Origin: Oscillospiraceae bacterium
GTDB taxonomy: Bacteria; Bacillota; Clostridia; Oscillospirales; CAG-272
Direction: 5' to 3'
Assembly: GCA_015064805.1 (NCBI GenBank)
Contig: SVRN01000001.1
Location: forward strand, 58,302 to 122,301
DNA: 64,000 bases
Made by a program: the position numbers and the translations under genes. Within the stretch, counting starts at the first letter, position 1, and every line of letters begins with the position of its first letter. The notes beneath the pieces were generated by a model that was given only the letters and a program-made list of their open reading frames with translations, was not told the DNA's origin and searched no databases. Shown in pieces: positions 34,074-43,816 of the stretch.

Positions 34074-37000
34074 ATGAAAACTAAGTTTTACTATCTTCGT
34101 CGGGCGATGTGCCTGATGCTGGCGCTTTTGATGGTGCTGGCGGTCGGCTGTCGCAAGGACCCCACAAACGATCCAACCCAAGATCCCCCCGTGGACGATC
34201 CCAAGCCTCCCGTAGATGGTGAGACGGCAAGTGTGGATAAGCCGAGCGATCTGCGCATCAATCTGCTGTCCGAGCCCTTCGGCGTGGACAAGAGCGACCT
34301 GCGCTTTTCCTGGGTCATGAACGACCCCGATCCGAACGAAAAGCAGACCGCTTATCGCGTTGTGATCGCTGCCAGCGCGGCTGATCTGCAGGCTGAAAAA
34401 TACGTATTTGACAGCGGCCTTGTGCAATCGGCACAGAGCACCGCGGTCAGCTTCCCCAGACTGGCAAGCAAGCTGTCGGACAATACGCTGTACTATTGGA
34501 GCGTAACGACCTGTGATGCCGCCGGTGATAGCGCTACTTCCGATCCCCAGCCCTTCACGACGGCTGTCGGCAACGCATGGGCAGGCAGCGAGGGCATCTG
34601 GGCCGGTAATGCGCAGGGTGCAGGCAACGGGGAGGAAGATCTGGCTGACGAGTGGACGGATTACACCGTGGATCTGGAATTCGTGATCGACGAGGTCGCC
34701 GTGGGCTTTATTATCCGTGCCAAGGATGCCAAAAACTTCTATATGTGGCAGTTCAAGGCTGAGAATGGTAAGGCGTATCTGTATCCTCACGTATACAAGG
34801 ATGGCAAATTCGTCAACAATTCTTCTATTGCCCAGGTTCAGATTCCTGCCAATGCAGCCTTTGGTATCGGAGATACTGTGAATGCGCAGATTGAGTGTGA
34901 CGGTGATACCGTAACGACCTATATCAAGGTTGGTGAGGATTACGTGGTCGTCGACGAACGCGATATGTCGGAATACGGCTTTGACGAAGGTACCGTCGGC
35001 GTGCGTACCGGCGGCAAGGAAACGGGTCGACTCTACTCGATGGAGATCCACCACATGGACGGTGGTCTTCTGTATCGTTCCGATTTTGCTGCTGGACAGA
35101 ATCCCTTCGGCAAGTGCACCATCAAAGAGGGCGCTCTTGTCGTTTCCAAGGCACTGAGTGCGGGTGACTTCCTCGACCGCGATGCGGCAAAGGATTTTGC
35201 CTCTAACAAGAGCAGCGACAGCTTCGTCTTCCTGCGTACCGAGCTGGGACTGACGGCCGATCAGCTGGCGAAGCTCGATAAAGCAGTGCTGAGTGTGACG
35301 GCAACCTCTCCCGAGTCTACCCGTCAGTTCGTTTATAACATGTACGTCAACGGCGCGCTTATCGGTGTCGGTCCTTCCCGCTATGGCAAGACCCCTGAAG
35401 GTGATACCGTACTGTACTACAACACGTATGACGTTACCGAGCTTTTGAAGGCGGGAGACAACTGCCTGTCTGCCATCAACTATACGACAGCCGGCCGTGC
35501 CTTTCTGTCCCAGCTGACCCTGTATTACACCGATGGTACGAGCGAGATCGTTTCCAACTCTGCTCGTGATGCCGAGAAGTGGACCTCCTTGCCTGCCGAC
35601 AAAGTATTCGGTAAGGACAATTCCATTGGCACGAATTATTATCTGGCACACGCCAACAATATCGACAGCGCGCTGTATCCTCACGGCTTTGCCGTGGCAG
35701 GCTTTGACGATGCCGCTTGGAACGGTGCGTTCGTTGGTGAAATTATTCACGCAGATATGGTACTTGCTCCCAGCCAGACCGACAACATGAGCCGCTATGA
35801 GAGCACCGAAAAGGTCACGGTGGAAAAGCTGGCGAACGGTGACTACGTGATCGACCTGGGTGGTGAGATCGTCGGTGGTGTCCGCTTTACGGCAGACCTT
35901 CCCGCGGCGGCTACGCTCAACGTTTACTACGGCGAGCAGCTTAATTCGGACGGCTCGGTCAAGTATCAGATGCTGACCGCCAACGTCTATAAGGAAACCT
36001 GGAAGCTGACCGCAGGTAAGCAGACCATCGAGACGATCGACATGCTGACCTACCGCTACATCCAGATCTCGGGCTGTCCCATTGAGATCACGTCCGATAT
36101 GGTCAAGGGCCTGGAGATCCGTGCCGCCTTTGACGACGATGCCTCCGATTTCACCTCTGACAATTCGCTTCTCAACGATATTTACGATTTGATGAAGCGC
36201 ACCATCAAGATGACCACGCAGGATCTGTTCGTTGACTCGCAATCCCGCGAGAGACTGCCCTATGAGGGTGACCTGATCATCAATCTGCTGGCCTCCTACG
36301 CCTTTGGCAACGATTACAGCATCGGTCGTTTCAGCTCCGAGTATCTGTATACTCACCGCACCTGGCCCGCAGAGTATTATCTGTTTGCTGCACATTCTGC
36401 GATGGATGATTACATGACGACGGGGGACGTCAGTTCGCTCCAGGCTTACTACGACGTGCTCAAGGACAGAGTCTATACCAAGCATTACGACGAAGAGTTC
36501 AGTCTTTTGACCTCGGGCACTTCGCAAGGACCGAGTGCTACCGACGCCGTACTGATCGACTGGCCGACGGCGGAACGTGACGGCTTTGATACGAGCGTTA
36601 AGTTCAACACGGTGCTCAACGCCGTGGCCGTCCGCACCTACGAGGCACTCGCCGAGATCGCAGAGCTGATGGGTCATAAGGACGATGCCGACACCTTTGC
36701 CGAGCTGGCCGAGGACATCAAGGATGCCATGATCGACACGCTGTACGATGCGGACAAGGGCGCGTTTGCCGACGGTCTGAACGCCGACGGCACCCCCTCG
36801 ACTCACTTCTCGCAGCATGCAACGGCATACGCGCTGGCATTCGGTATTTATGACAGCCAGGCAATGGCTGATGCGATGGCGGCAACCATTGAAGAGCAGG
36901 GCGAGATTCGCATGAGCGTATACGGCTCCTTCTTCCTGCTCAAGGGTCTGTACGACTCGGGCAATGGTGACGTAGCAAATAAGCTGATGCTCAACGAGGA

Positions 37001-37457
37001 CGACTCCGAGGGCGTGCGCACCTGGGCGTATATGCTGTACACGCTGGGTGCTACCATCACGGCCGAGGGCTGGAACTCGAAGATCAAGACCAATATGACG
37101 ATGTCCCATCCTTGGGGCGCGGCTCCTGCGTACGCGATCATGAGCGGTATCTTTGGCATCAAGCCCACCAAGGCGGGCTACGAGGCGTTTGACGTTCGCT
37201 TCCAGACCGAGGGCCTGACCAAGGCTGAACTGACCGTTCCGACCATCAAGGGCAGCATTACCGCTTCCTTTGAAGATAGTGACGGCGCATACAAGGCAAG
37301 CGTGATCGTTCCTGCCAACACCAAGGCAACGGTTTATCTGCCTGCGGCCGAGGGCGCAACGCTGACGGTCAACGGTGAGGCTGCTCAGGGTAGCTACAAG
37401 AATGGATTTATTTCCGTGACCGTTGGCTCGGGCGAATGGGATTTTGAAGTGAAATAA
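34074..37457 (+). CDS. Alpha-L-rhamnosidase, GH78, lipoprotein (~1127 aa) with an inserted lectin-like domain
   Basis: It has a lipobox (LAVGC). The N-domain pattern is QTAYRVVIA...DSGLVQS...YYWSVTT...PFTTA, and the six-hairpin catalytic region ends in MSHPWGAAPAYAI. The start was set at the ATG at 34074, which follows an AAAGGAGAA RBS. Confidence 0.8.
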   Translation: MKTKFYYLRRAMCLMLALLMVLAVGCRKDPTNDPTQDPPVDDPKPPVDGETASVDKPSDLRINLLSEPFGVDKSDLRFSWVMNDPDPNEKQTAYRVVIAASAADLQAEKYVFDSGLVQSAQSTAVSFPRLASKLSDNTLYYWSVTTCDAAGDSATSDPQPFTTAVGNAWAGSEGIWAGNAQGAGNGEEDLADEWTDYTVDLEFVIDEVAVGFIIRAKDAKNFYMWQFKAENGKAYLYPHVYKDGKFVNNSSIAQVQIPANAAFGIGDTVNAQIECDGDTVTTYIKVGEDYVVVDERDMSEYGFDEGTVGVRTGGKETGRLYSMEIHHMDGGLLYRSDFAAGQNPFGKCTIKEGALVVSKALSAGDFLDRDAAKDFASNKSSDSFVFLRTELGLTADQLAKLDKAVLSVTATSPESTRQFVYNMYVNGALIGVGPSRYGKTPEGDTVLYYNTYDVTELLKAGDNCLSAINYTTAGRAFLSQLTLYYTDGTSEIVSNSARDAEKWTSLPADKVFGKDNSIGTNYYLAHANNIDSALYPHGFAVAGFDDAAWNGAFVGEIIHADMVLAPSQTDNMSRYESTEKVTVEKLANGDYVIDLGGEIVGGVRFTADLPAAATLNVYYGEQLNSDGSVKYQMLTANVYKETWKLTAGKQTIETIDMLTYRYIQISGCPIEITSDMVKGLEIRAAFDDDASDFTSDNSLLNDIYDLMKRTIKMTTQDLFVDSQSRERLPYEGDLIINLLASYAFGNDYSIGRFSSEYLYTHRTWPAEYYLFAAHSAMDDYMTTGDVSSLQAYYDVLKDRVYTKHYDEEFSLLTSGTSQGPSATDAVLIDWPTAERDGFDTSVKFNTVLNAVAVRTYEALAEIAELMGHKDDADTFAELAEDIKDAMIDTLYDADKGAFADGLNADGTPSTHFSQHATAYALAFGIYDSQAMADAMAATIEEQGEIRMSVYGSFFLLKGLYDSGNGDVANKLMLNEDDSEGVRTWAYMLYTLGATITAEGWNSKIKTNMTMSHPWGAAPAYAIMSGIFGIKPTKAGYEAFDVRFQTEGLTKAELTVPTIKGSITASFEDSDGAYKASVIVPANTKATVYLPAAEGATLTVNGEAAQGSYKNGFISVTVGSGEWDFEVK

Positions 37458-37470
37458 TCAAGCAAATAAA

Positions 37471-37514
37471 CAAGGGAACCCTTCCGGAATGATCGGAAGG
37501 GTTCCTTGCTTTTG
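37471..37514 (+). terminator. Rho-independent terminator
   Basis: CAAGGGAACCCTTCCG gaatgat CGGAAGGGTTCCTTG followed by CTTTTG. Confidence 0.7.
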
Positions 37515-37693
37515 TTAATGTTGAATTTTTAATGTCTTCTTCGACGGACGCGCGAACGCAAGGCTCCCGCCCTACGGAAAGCATCGCTCGCCGTTTTGCT
37601 ACCACGAGTGGCAGATATGGAGAGCAAGAGGTCTTGCGGGTTTCTTAAGGGCACTATCAGGCTCTTAAGGTGACTGTAGCATGGTAGGAGATA

Positions 37694-38884
37694 TTACTTG
37701 CGAAGCAAGAACATACCTCTGGTGAAATCGGGAATGGCCACGGGAGCGCCGCCCTTGGCGATCGACTCCTCGCTCAAAGGCGTAATGCACATCATGGCCG
37801 CCGCGTCGTAGACGTCGGTTCTGAAGGACTCACCCTTCATCAGGCGCGTCATGAAGTCGCGCATCATAAAGTAGTCCATGCCGCCGTGTCCGCCGACGAT
37901 CAGGCCGTCGTCCGCCTCGCACCAATCGGCGTTGCGGTAGTCCTTACTGTATTCCTTGAAGTTGCCCCAAAGCTCGTGCGCCTTGAAATCGTAGGCCTCG
38001 TGCTCACCGCCAATGAAAAGGGTATTGTTGTCTTCGGTGTACAGCGCCTTGGTGCCGTGAACGGCCAGGCCGCGGGAATAGTAGCGGGGAAGCGTCGTGT
38101 CCAGACGCAAGGTGATGGTCTCACCGCGCAGGCAGGTGATGGTCGTGGTGACAATGTCGCCCTGAGCGATGCGCTGGTGCGACAGAGGATTTTCCTTGTC
38201 ATGCTCGTCCATGTAGGTCTGCAGACCAAACGCCCCCGAGGCGACTGACGTCAAGGAGACCATGCGGTTGCCGCGGTTGATGTCCAACATCTGCATGATG
38301 GGGCCGAGCTCGTGGGTGGGATAGTTCTCGGCGCAGCGAGCCACGTAGTTGCGCTGACGGTAGTGGCGGTTGCGCTCACCGTTTGCGACCTCGTAGCGAA
38401 GGTCGTGCATGTATCCGCCGTCGCAGGCGACGACCTTGCCGAAAACACCCGCCTTGATCATAGCGAACAGGCAAGTCTCGCGGCGATTGTAGTTGCAGTT
38501 TTCGAGCATCATATAGGGCGTCTTGGTGCGCTCCCAGGTGTCGATCAGACGGTAGCAATCGTCGACGGAATACGCGCCGCCGACTTCACATCCTACGGCG
38601 ATACCTGCTTCCATTGCGGCGCAGGAAATGGGGAGATGCGACTCCCATGCGGTAGCGATGATAACGGCATCGACCAATCCCGACTCCAGCAGCTCGTTGT
38701 AATCGGTGTAGCCGCGCACGTCTTCGGCTTTATCGGACAAAAAGTCCAGCACCTTTTGCACGCGATCCTCGTAGAGGTCGCATACGGCGGTGATCTTTAC
38801 GTAGGGAAGGGTAAGAAGGGAGGTGCGAAGCAGATCGTTTCCTCGACAACCCAGACCAATCAGGCCAACTCTGACAGTTTCCAT
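37694..38884 (-). CDS. Gfo/Idh/MocA-family NAD-dependent oxidoreductase (possibly GH109-like)
   Basis: The N-terminal Rossmann motif is VRVGLIGLGCRG. Length and C-terminal alpha/beta domain are typical of the family. An AAGGAGA RBS precedes the start. Confidence 0.75.
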   Translation of the reverse strand: METVRVGLIGLGCRGNDLLRTSLLTLPYVKITAVCDLYEDRVQKVLDFLSDKAEDVRGYTDYNELLESGLVDAVIIATAWESHLPISCAAMEAGIAVGCEVGGAYSVDDCYRLIDTWERTKTPYMMLENCNYNRRETCLFAMIKAGVFGKVVACDGGYMHDLRYEVANGERNRHYRQRNYVARCAENYPTHELGPIMQMLDINRGNRMVSLTSVASGAFGLQTYMDEHDKENPLSHQRIAQGDIVTTTITCLRGETITLRLDTTLPRYYSRGLAVHGTKALYTEDNNTLFIGGEHEAYDFKAHELWGNFKEYSKDYRNADWCEADDGLIVGGHGGMDYFMMRDFMTRLMKGESFRTDVYDAAAMMCITPLSEESIAKGGAPVAIPDFTRGMFLLRK

Positions 38885-39075
38885 AAAAACGTTCTCCTTT
38901 TGATGATGGGAAAAGATAAATGATATTTTATTTTACCACATTTGCCCTCGTTTTTCAATACCTTTTGGCGAAAAACGGTAAAATACCCAAAGAAAATGCG
39001 GCAGGTGTTTGGTGTAAGTTGACAGTTGGCACTTTCACCAAACACCACAAGATAAGCAAGTGACTTATAAAAAAT

Positions 39076-39128
39076 ATTCAATATATTGTGTTTTACCTAT
39101 TGCAAAATTTCACAAGATATGGTATGAT
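39076..39128 (+). promoter_or_regulatory. nrdD promoter with two candidate NrdR boxes
   Basis: Box 1 is atTCAATATATTGTGT (39076-39091), 14/16 to the consensus I remember, acaCwAtATaTwGtgt. Box 2 is tCACAAgATATgGTat (39110-39125), 12/16. The promoter is TTGCAA (39100-39105), 17 nt, TATGAT (39123-39128), and it overlaps box 2. Confidence 0.45.
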
Positions 39129-39227
39129 ATAGGATACAAGCCTGTTTTTTAGCGGCGAGGGCCGCTATTATGGTGAACGCAATTTTTATCGCTGCCCCGA
39201 ATCAAAGAAAAAAGGAGCAAATACAAT

Positions 39228-41411
39228 ATGAAGATTATCAAAAGAGACGGATCGGAAGAAAATTTCGATCGGAACAAAATCAAAGAGGCCATCCGCAAGG
39301 CCAACGAGGACACGGAAGGAAAGCCGGAGCTGTCAGAGCGTCAGATCGACTACATTTCGCTGGTCATTGAGGACCATTGCAACGAGGTCGGCCGCGCCTT
39401 CTCGGTTGAGGAGATCCAGGAGCTGGTCGAAACCCACATCATTTTGCAGGGCGCGCCCGAAACGGCCAAGCGTTACATTCGCTACCGCTTCACTCGTAAC
39501 CTCGCCCGTGTTGCCAACACGACGGATAATCAGATCCTGTCGCTGATCGAGTGCAACAACGAGGAGGTCAAGCAGGAGAACGCCAACAAGAACCCCACCG
39601 TCAACTCGGTTCAGCGTGACTATATGGCAGGCGAGGTGTCAAAGGACCTGACCCGCCGCATTCTGCTTCCCGAGGAAATCGTCAAGGCGCACGAGGAGGG
39701 TATCATCCACTTCCACGACGCCGACTATTTTGCCCAGCATATGCACAACTGCGACCTGGTCAACCTGGAGGATATGCTGCAAAACGGCACCGTCATCTCG
39801 GGCACCATGATCGAAAAGCCTCACTCTTTCTCGACGGCCTGCAACATCGCCACCCAGATCATCGCCCAGGTTGCTTCCAACCAATACGGCGGCCAGTCCA
39901 TCTCGCTGACGCATCTGGCGCCCTTCGTGCAGGTCTCGCGTGAAAAGATCACCCGCCAGATCACGGCGGAGATGGCCGAGCTGGGCATTCCCGTGACCGA
40001 GGAGCAGATCAGCGCGATGGTGGAAAAAAGAGTGCGCGAGGAGGTCCAGCGCGGCGTTCAGACCATCCAGTATCAGGTGGTCACGCTGCTGACGACCAAC
40101 GGTCAGGCCCCCTTCGTTACCGTCTTTATGTATCTGAACGAGGCCAAGGATGAGCGCGAGAAGGCTGACCTTGCCATCATCATCGAGGAGGTGCTCAAGC
40201 AGCGCATCACGGGCACCAAGAACGAGGTTGGCGTATGGGTTACCCCTGCCTTTCCCAAGCTCATCTACGTCCTGGAGGAGGACAACATCCACGAGGATTC
40301 CAAGTATTTCTATCTGACCGAGCTGGCCGCCAAGTGCACCGCCAAGAGAATGGTGCCTGACTACATCTCGGAGAAGGTCATGCTTCAGCTTAAGATCGAC
40401 CAGAACGGAAACGGCAACTGCTACACCTGCATGGGCTGCCGTAGCTTCTTGACCCCTTACGTTGACGAGAACGGCAAGCCCAAGTACTACGGCCGCTTCA
40501 ACCAGGGCGTCGTGACCATCAACTTGGTCGACGTCGCGTGCTCGGCCTGCCGCGACGGCAAGAGCGAAAAGAGGTTCTGGGAGATTTTAGAGGAGCGTCT
40601 GGAACTGTGCCACCGCGCCCTCAAGTGCCGTCATGAGAGACTGGAAGGCACACTGTCCGACGCCGCGCCTATTTTGTGGCAGCACGGTGCGCTTTCCCGT
40701 CTGCGCAAGGGTGAGACCATCGACGAGCTGCTCCACGGCGGTTATTCGACCATCTCGCTGGGCTTTGCCGGCCTTTGGGAGTGCGTATATGAGGTCACGG
40801 GCAAGAAGCTGACCGAGCCCGAGGGTGAGGCGTTCGGTCTTGCCATTATGCAAAAGCTCAACGACGCCTGCTACAAGTGGAGAAACGCCGAGAATATTCA
40901 CTACTCGCTCTACGGCACGCCGTTGGAGTCGACCACCTATAAGTTTGCCAAATGCCTGCAGCGCCGCTTTGGACTCATCGAGGGCGTGACGGACAAAAAC
41001 TATATCACCAACTCCTATCACGTTCACGTGACCGAGCCCATCGACGCCTTCAAAAAGCTGGAGCTTGAGGCCAAGTTCCAGGCGCTCTCGCCCGGTGGTG
41101 CGATCTCGTACGTCGAGGTGCCCAATATGCAGCAGAACATCCCTGCCGTTCTTGAGGTCATGAAGTTCATTTACGATAACATCATGTACGCCGAGCTGAA
41201 CACCAAGAGCGACTACTGCCACGTGTGCGGCTATGAGGGCGAGATTGAGATCGTCAAGGAGGACGGCAAGCTGGTCTGGCGCTGCCCTAACTGTGGGAAC
41301 GAAGATCAGACCAAAATGAACGTCGCCCGCCGCACCTGCGGCTACATCGGCTCGCAGTATTGGAACCAGGGACGCACCCAGGAGATCAAGGAAAGGGTAC
41401 TGCATCTCTGA
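39228..41411 (+). CDS. nrdD: Anaerobic ribonucleoside-triphosphate reductase (class III)
   Basis: It has an N-terminal ATP-cone (MKIIKRDGSEENFDRNKI), a C-terminal Cys4 zinc site, and the glycyl-radical motif RRTCGYIG. Confidence 0.92.
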   Translation: MKIIKRDGSEENFDRNKIKEAIRKANEDTEGKPELSERQIDYISLVIEDHCNEVGRAFSVEEIQELVETHIILQGAPETAKRYIRYRFTRNLARVANTTDNQILSLIECNNEEVKQENANKNPTVNSVQRDYMAGEVSKDLTRRILLPEEIVKAHEEGIIHFHDADYFAQHMHNCDLVNLEDMLQNGTVISGTMIEKPHSFSTACNIATQIIAQVASNQYGGQSISLTHLAPFVQVSREKITRQITAEMAELGIPVTEEQISAMVEKRVREEVQRGVQTIQYQVVTLLTTNGQAPFVTVFMYLNEAKDEREKADLAIIIEEVLKQRITGTKNEVGVWVTPAFPKLIYVLEEDNIHEDSKYFYLTELAAKCTAKRMVPDYISEKVMLQLKIDQNGNGNCYTCMGCRSFLTPYVDENGKPKYYGRFNQGVVTINLVDVACSACRDGKSEKRFWEILEERLELCHRALKCRHERLEGTLSDAAPILWQHGALSRLRKGETIDELLHGGYSTISLGFAGLWECVYEVTGKKLTEPEGEAFGLAIMQKLNDACYKWRNAENIHYSLYGTPLESTTYKFAKCLQRRFGLIEGVTDKNYITNSYHVHVTEPIDAFKKLELEAKFQALSPGGAISYVEVPNMQQNIPAVLEVMKFIYDNIMYAELNTKSDYCHVCGYEGEIEIVKEDGKLVWRCPNCGNEDQTKMNVARRTCGYIGSQYWNQGRTQEIKERVLHL

Positions 41412-41929
41412 TGAATTACGGAACCATTAAATTCTGCGACATCGCCAACGGCATCGGCATTCGCACCGTGCTGTTCGTGTCGGGCTGTACCCACCATTGT
41501 AAGGGCTGCTTTCAGCCCGAAACGTGGGATTTTTCCTACGGTCAGCCCTATACCGAGGCGACTGAGCAGCAGATCTTTGACTCTCTTTCACCGTCCTATA
41601 TCCACGGTCTGACGCTACTTGGCGGCGAGCCCATGGAGCCCGATAATCAGCGCGTGCTGTTGCCGCTGCTGCGCCGCCTCAAAGCGGAATATCCGCGCAA
41701 GACGGTGTGGTGCTACTCGGGATATACCTACGACGAGCTGACAGGGATCAGCCGCGCACGGTGTGAGGTCACCGACGAGATGCTCTCATTGATCGACGTG
41801 CTGGTCGACGGCGAGTTCGTGCTAGAGAAGAAAAACATCTCGCTCCGCTTCCGCGGTAGTGAGAACCAACGGCTCATTGACCTTGCCAAGACACGCGAGC
41901 AGGGAAAGGTCGTGCTGTGGGAAGGGTAA
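41411..41929 (+). CDS. nrdG: Anaerobic RNR activating radical-SAM protein
   Basis: The N-terminal region MNYGTIKFCDIANGIGIRTVLFVSGCTHHCKGCF contains the CxxxCxxC cluster. The ATG overlaps the nrdD stop (TGATG). The track start at 41360 lies inside nrdD. Confidence 0.88.
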   Translation: MNYGTIKFCDIANGIGIRTVLFVSGCTHHCKGCFQPETWDFSYGQPYTEATEQQIFDSLSPSYIHGLTLLGGEPMEPDNQRVLLPLLRRLKAEYPRKTVWCYSGYTYDELTGISRARCEVTDEMLSLIDVLVDGEFVLEKKNISLRFRGSENQRLIDLAKTREQGKVVLWEG

Positions 41930-42114
41930 CTCCCTCATGTAACGTTTTTGGTCAAGCTTTTTTCAAAAAGCTTGCAGATTCCAAAGGCGGCGCCTTTGGT
42001 CGCTCTCCGCAGAGAGCGAAATTTTGATGCTAACAAAGCGCCCGAAAGGGTGAATTGCCGAAAGGCAAGAGGGGAAACCACAAGTGGGGTTTCCCCCTTT
42101 GTCATTTGTTTCTC

Positions 42115-42143
42115 TTGACAAATCTCCCGTCGCAGAGTATAAT
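42115..42143 (+). promoter_or_regulatory. Consensus sigma-A promoter
   Basis: TTGACA (42115-42120), 17 nt, TATAAT (42138-42143). Confidence 0.55.
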
Positions 42144-42180
42144 ATCACATATTGAAACCCAAACGGCACGGAGGTGCGCT

Positions 42181-43032
42181 ATGATGAAGGATAGTTACAA
42201 AAGAATACTGGTCGTGCAGGATATATCCTGCGTCGGACAATGCTCGCTGACGGTGGCACTGCCCATTTTGTCCGCCTGCGGTATGGAAACGGCGATCCTT
42301 CCATCGGCGGTCCTGTCCACCCACACGGCGGCAGGCTTTCACGGCTTCACCTTCCGTGACCTGACGGACGATATTCCTGCCATCCTTGCCCATTGGCAAA
42401 AGGAGGGCATCACCTTTGACGCGCTGTATACCGGCTATCTCGGCTCAACGAGACAGGTGGAGATGGTCGAGACCATCATGGATACCCTCATCGTCCCCGG
42501 CGGCGTCAAAATCGTCGATCCCGCCATGGCGGATAACGGCAAATTGTACGTCGGCTTTGACGACGAATACGTCGCGGCCATGCGCCGTCTTTGTGCGCGC
42601 GCCGATATCATCCTGCCCAACATCACCGAGGCGGCGATGCTGACGGGGCTGCCGTATTCGGAGGAGCAGAGCGAGGATTATATCGCCGCGCTTTTGACCG
42701 GTCTTGCCGGTATCAGTTCGGCCGCTGTCGTGCTGACGGGTGTCAGCTACGAGCCCGGCGATATCGGTGCCATGTCGGTCAAGGACGGAGAGGCGCACTA
42801 TTACGGCCGCCACCGCATTCCCCAGATGTTCCACGGCACGGGCGACGTATACGCCTCGGCCTTCACGGGGGCGTATCTGCGTGGGCATTCGCTTCACAGT
42901 GCGGCTGCCGTTGCGGTTGATTTCACCCTTGCCGCCATAGAAAATACCGTCACCGACCCTGAGCATTGGTACGGCGTCCGCTTTGAGCCGGTACTGTCCA
43001 AGCTGATCGAGCGACTGAACAAAAGGGGATAA
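42181..43032 (+). CDS. pdxK: Pyridoxal/pyridoxamine kinase (ribokinase superfamily)
   Basis: The N-terminus is KRILVVQDISCVGQCSLTVALPILSACG, and a C-terminal GTGDVYASAF anion-hole block is present. The start was set at the ATG at 42181, which follows a GGAGGTG RBS. Confidence 0.75.
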   Translation: MMKDSYKRILVVQDISCVGQCSLTVALPILSACGMETAILPSAVLSTHTAAGFHGFTFRDLTDDIPAILAHWQKEGITFDALYTGYLGSTRQVEMVETIMDTLIVPGGVKIVDPAMADNGKLYVGFDDEYVAAMRRLCARADIILPNITEAAMLTGLPYSEEQSEDYIAALLTGLAGISSAAVVLTGVSYEPGDIGAMSVKDGEAHYYGRHRIPQMFHGTGDVYASAFTGAYLRGHSLHSAAAVAVDFTLAAIENTVTDPEHWYGVRFEPVLSKLIERLNKRG

Positions 43033-43042
43033 AGAAAATTTG

Positions 43043-43074
43043 CGGGCAGATGCACATGTGCATCTGCCCGTTTT
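43043..43074. terminator. Bidirectional palindromic terminator
   Basis: CGGGCAGATGCACATGTGCATCTGCCCG is a perfect 28-nt palindrome, followed by TTTT on the plus strand. Confidence 0.7.
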
Positions 43075-43078
43075 CGTA

Positions 43079-43816
43079 TTACACGAATATTTGACACTTT
43101 GCCTTCAACTCGGGGAATGGCTTGTCGAATACGCAGGCATCAATCTCATCAATAGATGTTAACTGATATAGTGACTCGGTGCCGAATTTTTCACTGTCAC
43201 AGAGGAAAACACTGTATTTTGCGTTTTTGAGCATCAGCGTGCGGATATAGTTTTCCTCGGAGATTGGGTCGGAAATGATACCTGCTTTGGAGAGGCTTTT
43301 GGAGGAAAAAAAGAAAATGTCAGGATGAATCTCGGCTACGGCGCGGTAGGCCTGTGCTCCCGATAGTACGGCCGAGCGGTCGACCGAAAAGCCACCTGTG
43401 CAGTGGGTGGCGATGCCGTAATTAATAGCGTTGATGGCGGTCAGCATATTGTTGGTAAAAACAATCATATCCTCGTGCTTGGCAATATAAGGAATAAGGA
43501 AGCCGGCGGTTGATGAGCCGTCAAGCATCACGGACTGTCCGTCGTGAAGCAGGGCTGCTGCCTGCTTGGCGATCTTTCGCTTTTCGCTGATGTTCTGTGA
43601 CATACGGCTATTGAGTGGCACGGATTGATGAATCGCGTTGAAGATCGACGCGCCGCCGTGCGTGCGCTTGATAAGAGAGAGGGTTTGCAGATGGGTCAGG
43701 TCGCGTCGAACGCTGGAGGGTGAGGTATAGGTTAGAGTCGAAAGGCGATCAACCGTTAAAAAGCCATGCTCGTTCAAAAGCTCCAATATTTCTTCTTGTC
43801 TTTTAGAAATGCTCAT
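43079..43816 (-). CDS. DeoR-family transcriptional regulator (245 aa)
   Basis: The N-terminal HTH is MSISKRQEEILELLNEHGFLTVDRLSTLTYTSPSSVRRDL, followed by a DeoR C-terminal sensor domain. The ATG at 43816 follows an AAGAGGA RBS. The upstream part of the 510-aa track ORF is antisense to the aldolase gene. Confidence 0.8.
   Translation of the reverse strand: MSISKRQEEILELLNEHGFLTVDRLSTLTYTSPSSVRRDLTHLQTLSLIKRTHGGASIFNAIHQSVPLNSRMSQNISEKRKIAKQAAALLHDGQSVMLDGSSTAGFLIPYIAKHEDMIVFTNNMLTAINAINYGIATHCTGGFSVDRSAVLSGAQAYRAVAEIHPDIFFFSSKSLSKAGIISDPISEENYIRTLMLKNAKYSVFLCDSEKFGTESLYQLTSIDEIDACVFDKPFPELKAKCQIFV

Noticed and set aside
34056-37109. A 1017-aa ORF on the minus strand.
   Set aside because: It is entirely antisense to the well-supported GH78 rhamnosidase gene. 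Its Arg/Gly/Val/His-rich low-complexity composition is typical of shadow ORFs in high-GC DNA, and it has no RBS or recognisable motif.
37515-37693. A ~180-bp gap between the GH78 terminator and the stop of the oxidoreductase gene.
   Set aside because: I looked for a tRNA, a small ORF or a strong hairpin. I found only a weak GCAAGAccTCTTGC stem and the 65-aa track ORF, which overlaps the GH78 3' end. Nothing here can be supported.
39170-39370. A 66-aa plus-strand ORF overlapping the nrdD start.
   Set aside because: It is in a different frame from nrdD, has a basic low-complexity sequence, and lacks an RBS. The nrdD start at 39228 has a good AAAGGAG RBS.
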